A stretch of 63,867 nt of DNA, filler included, from Craspedostauros australis (taxonomy: Eukaryota): assembly GCA_030167865.1 (NCBI GenBank). It is 12 parts of 12 records of this genome, joined end to end, with 100 filler letters (N's around TTAATTAATTAA, not from the genome) between each part and the next. Parts side by side here need not be neighbours in the genome. Positions count along the whole stretch, not along the records: positions 62,746 to 63,867 come from JALAGF010002240.1; 11 more parts are not named here. One strand, 5' to 3'. A model generated the notes under the pieces. That model was not told the origin of the DNA, ran no database searches, and saw nothing but the letters and a program-made list of their open reading frames with translations. Positions 62,746 to 63,867 of the stretch are shown here, one piece after another; the stretch's first letter is position 1, and every line of letters starts with the position of its first letter. Both the position numbers and the translations under genes were made by a program.

Positions 62746-63867
62746 CAACGTCACCAACCTGCATGGCCGATCTATATCCAGTCTCCAGATCCTTGAAATG
62801 CTCGTGGTGAGGTCTACTCCATGAGAAAATGTAGGAGCTGGAGCTCAAGTACGCTCTGCCAGCCATTGTCTTTCCTTGCGTGACGTCCAGCATCTTTCTC
62901 GCGAGGAGGGCCAGGCGAGTTGCAGTGCTGTAGTCGTTCATGGTCAGAGCGATCACCGCGCGTGATGTCAAAGCAGTAACAGAGTATTGGCACAGGCCAT
63001 GTTTCTTGAGGAGGCGGAGTTGCCCGCCCATGCAGGCAAGGATGAGCAATGTGTTCTGTGTGATGAAGGCTTGCATTGCAAGCTTGCTCAGAATCTTCAT
63101 TCCCATCTCCTTGACAGAATCAGTCATCAGCGGGAGATTCAGGATCGTCTCGTCGCTCTGNCCCTTGATGAAGTTGNTCATGAAGCGCCAGTCCTTGGCG
63201 GCNTGAAGAGCGAACCACCTCTTGGGGANGATCTTGAGCTCCTGGGCCACGCCNACCAGCAGCTTCNCTGCCTTGTCATGCTGGTGNTGNCGGGTGAGNA
63301 TGTCGGCCATCGGTATGTAGCATGGGAGTCGTTCCTCCAGCGTCTTCGCTCGTTTCAGGACGAGATTGAACATTGACGTGGCGACATCGTAGTTGCCAAG
63401 GGCAGCCTCCGCGCTTCCTCTGGCACGGGACAGGCGCATGGTGATGCCGTGGAAGTGCTCGCTTTGGTTGTTGCGAACGAGCCGGAAGCCATGGTAGGCC
63501 TTCTCCAGGTAGGATGCGGCCAGGGAGAGCGCGCTCTTGGCCAGTGCGATCTCNCCGACTTGGAGGTTGAGGTTGACGAGNAACAGAGNATCCTTGGTCG
63601 GCACACTGTTGAGATGATCAGCCGCGATGAAGAGCAGACCGTCATCGTTCTGGACGATGGGCTTGGCCGTAGCAGTGCCGTCCTGAGAGCTGCTGAGCCG
63701 ATTGTACATGTTGAGGATGCTGCGCCCGATGGCCCTGCGGAGCTTGTCGCGGGACTCTCCGTCTGGGATGACGCTGCGAGCTGCCTGCTGGATGCGATCA
63801 TGAGCGAAGCGGTAGCTTGCGGCGCCGATGGTGTTGGTCAGCAGCCCTTCGAGAACCGCCTTGTCCA
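62746..63867 (-). CDS. Internal fragment of a STAND/AAA ATPase (COG3899-like) helical-repeat protein
   Basis: YRFAHDRIQQAA, FIAADHLN, LNL..EIALAKSA...AASYL, LPLMTD, HGLC.YS and GYRSAMQVGDV. Both ends are missing and there are about a dozen single-N ambiguities. Confidence 0.8.

Overview
Eukaryotic nuclear DNA from a diatom, probably pennate. The evidence is a psbO precursor with an ASAFAP bipartite plastid signal, GT-AG introns of 160-810 bp, diatom-type Copia (CoDi) fragments and diatom-expanded gene families. The window is not one locus. It is 12 contigs joined by 11 artificial 100-bp linkers (N44-TTAATTAATTAA-N44), so adjacency across a linker means nothing. The long contigs carry ArfGAP, CNNM/DUF21, SFT2, a degenerate GARP/Myb-type factor, a plastid FNR paralogue converging on a plastid MOSC (mARC-like) gene, MATH-BTB, an ABCG half-transporter, RPL23, a lumenal pentapeptide-repeat protein, an INSIG-like/Zn-finger protein, a sulfotransferase, psbO and several secreted or membrane Cys-repeat proteins. 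The short contigs are mostly Copia retrotransposon pieces. Four observations stand out. (1) One gene (28969-33258, minus) fuses Golgi alpha-mannosidase II (GH38) to an N-acetylglucosaminyltransferase II (MGAT2/GT16) domain, joining two consecutive N-glycan maturation steps in one polypeptide. (2) A bacterial-type fabI is frameshifted by an exact TACAGTA Tc1/mariner-type excision footprint. (3) A type II membrane protein has six copies of an 8-Cys domain that I cannot name. (4) A small secreted RXL/KxxK protein lies next to a cryptic penta-lysine cluster. All homology calls come from motif recognition by eye, not from database searches.
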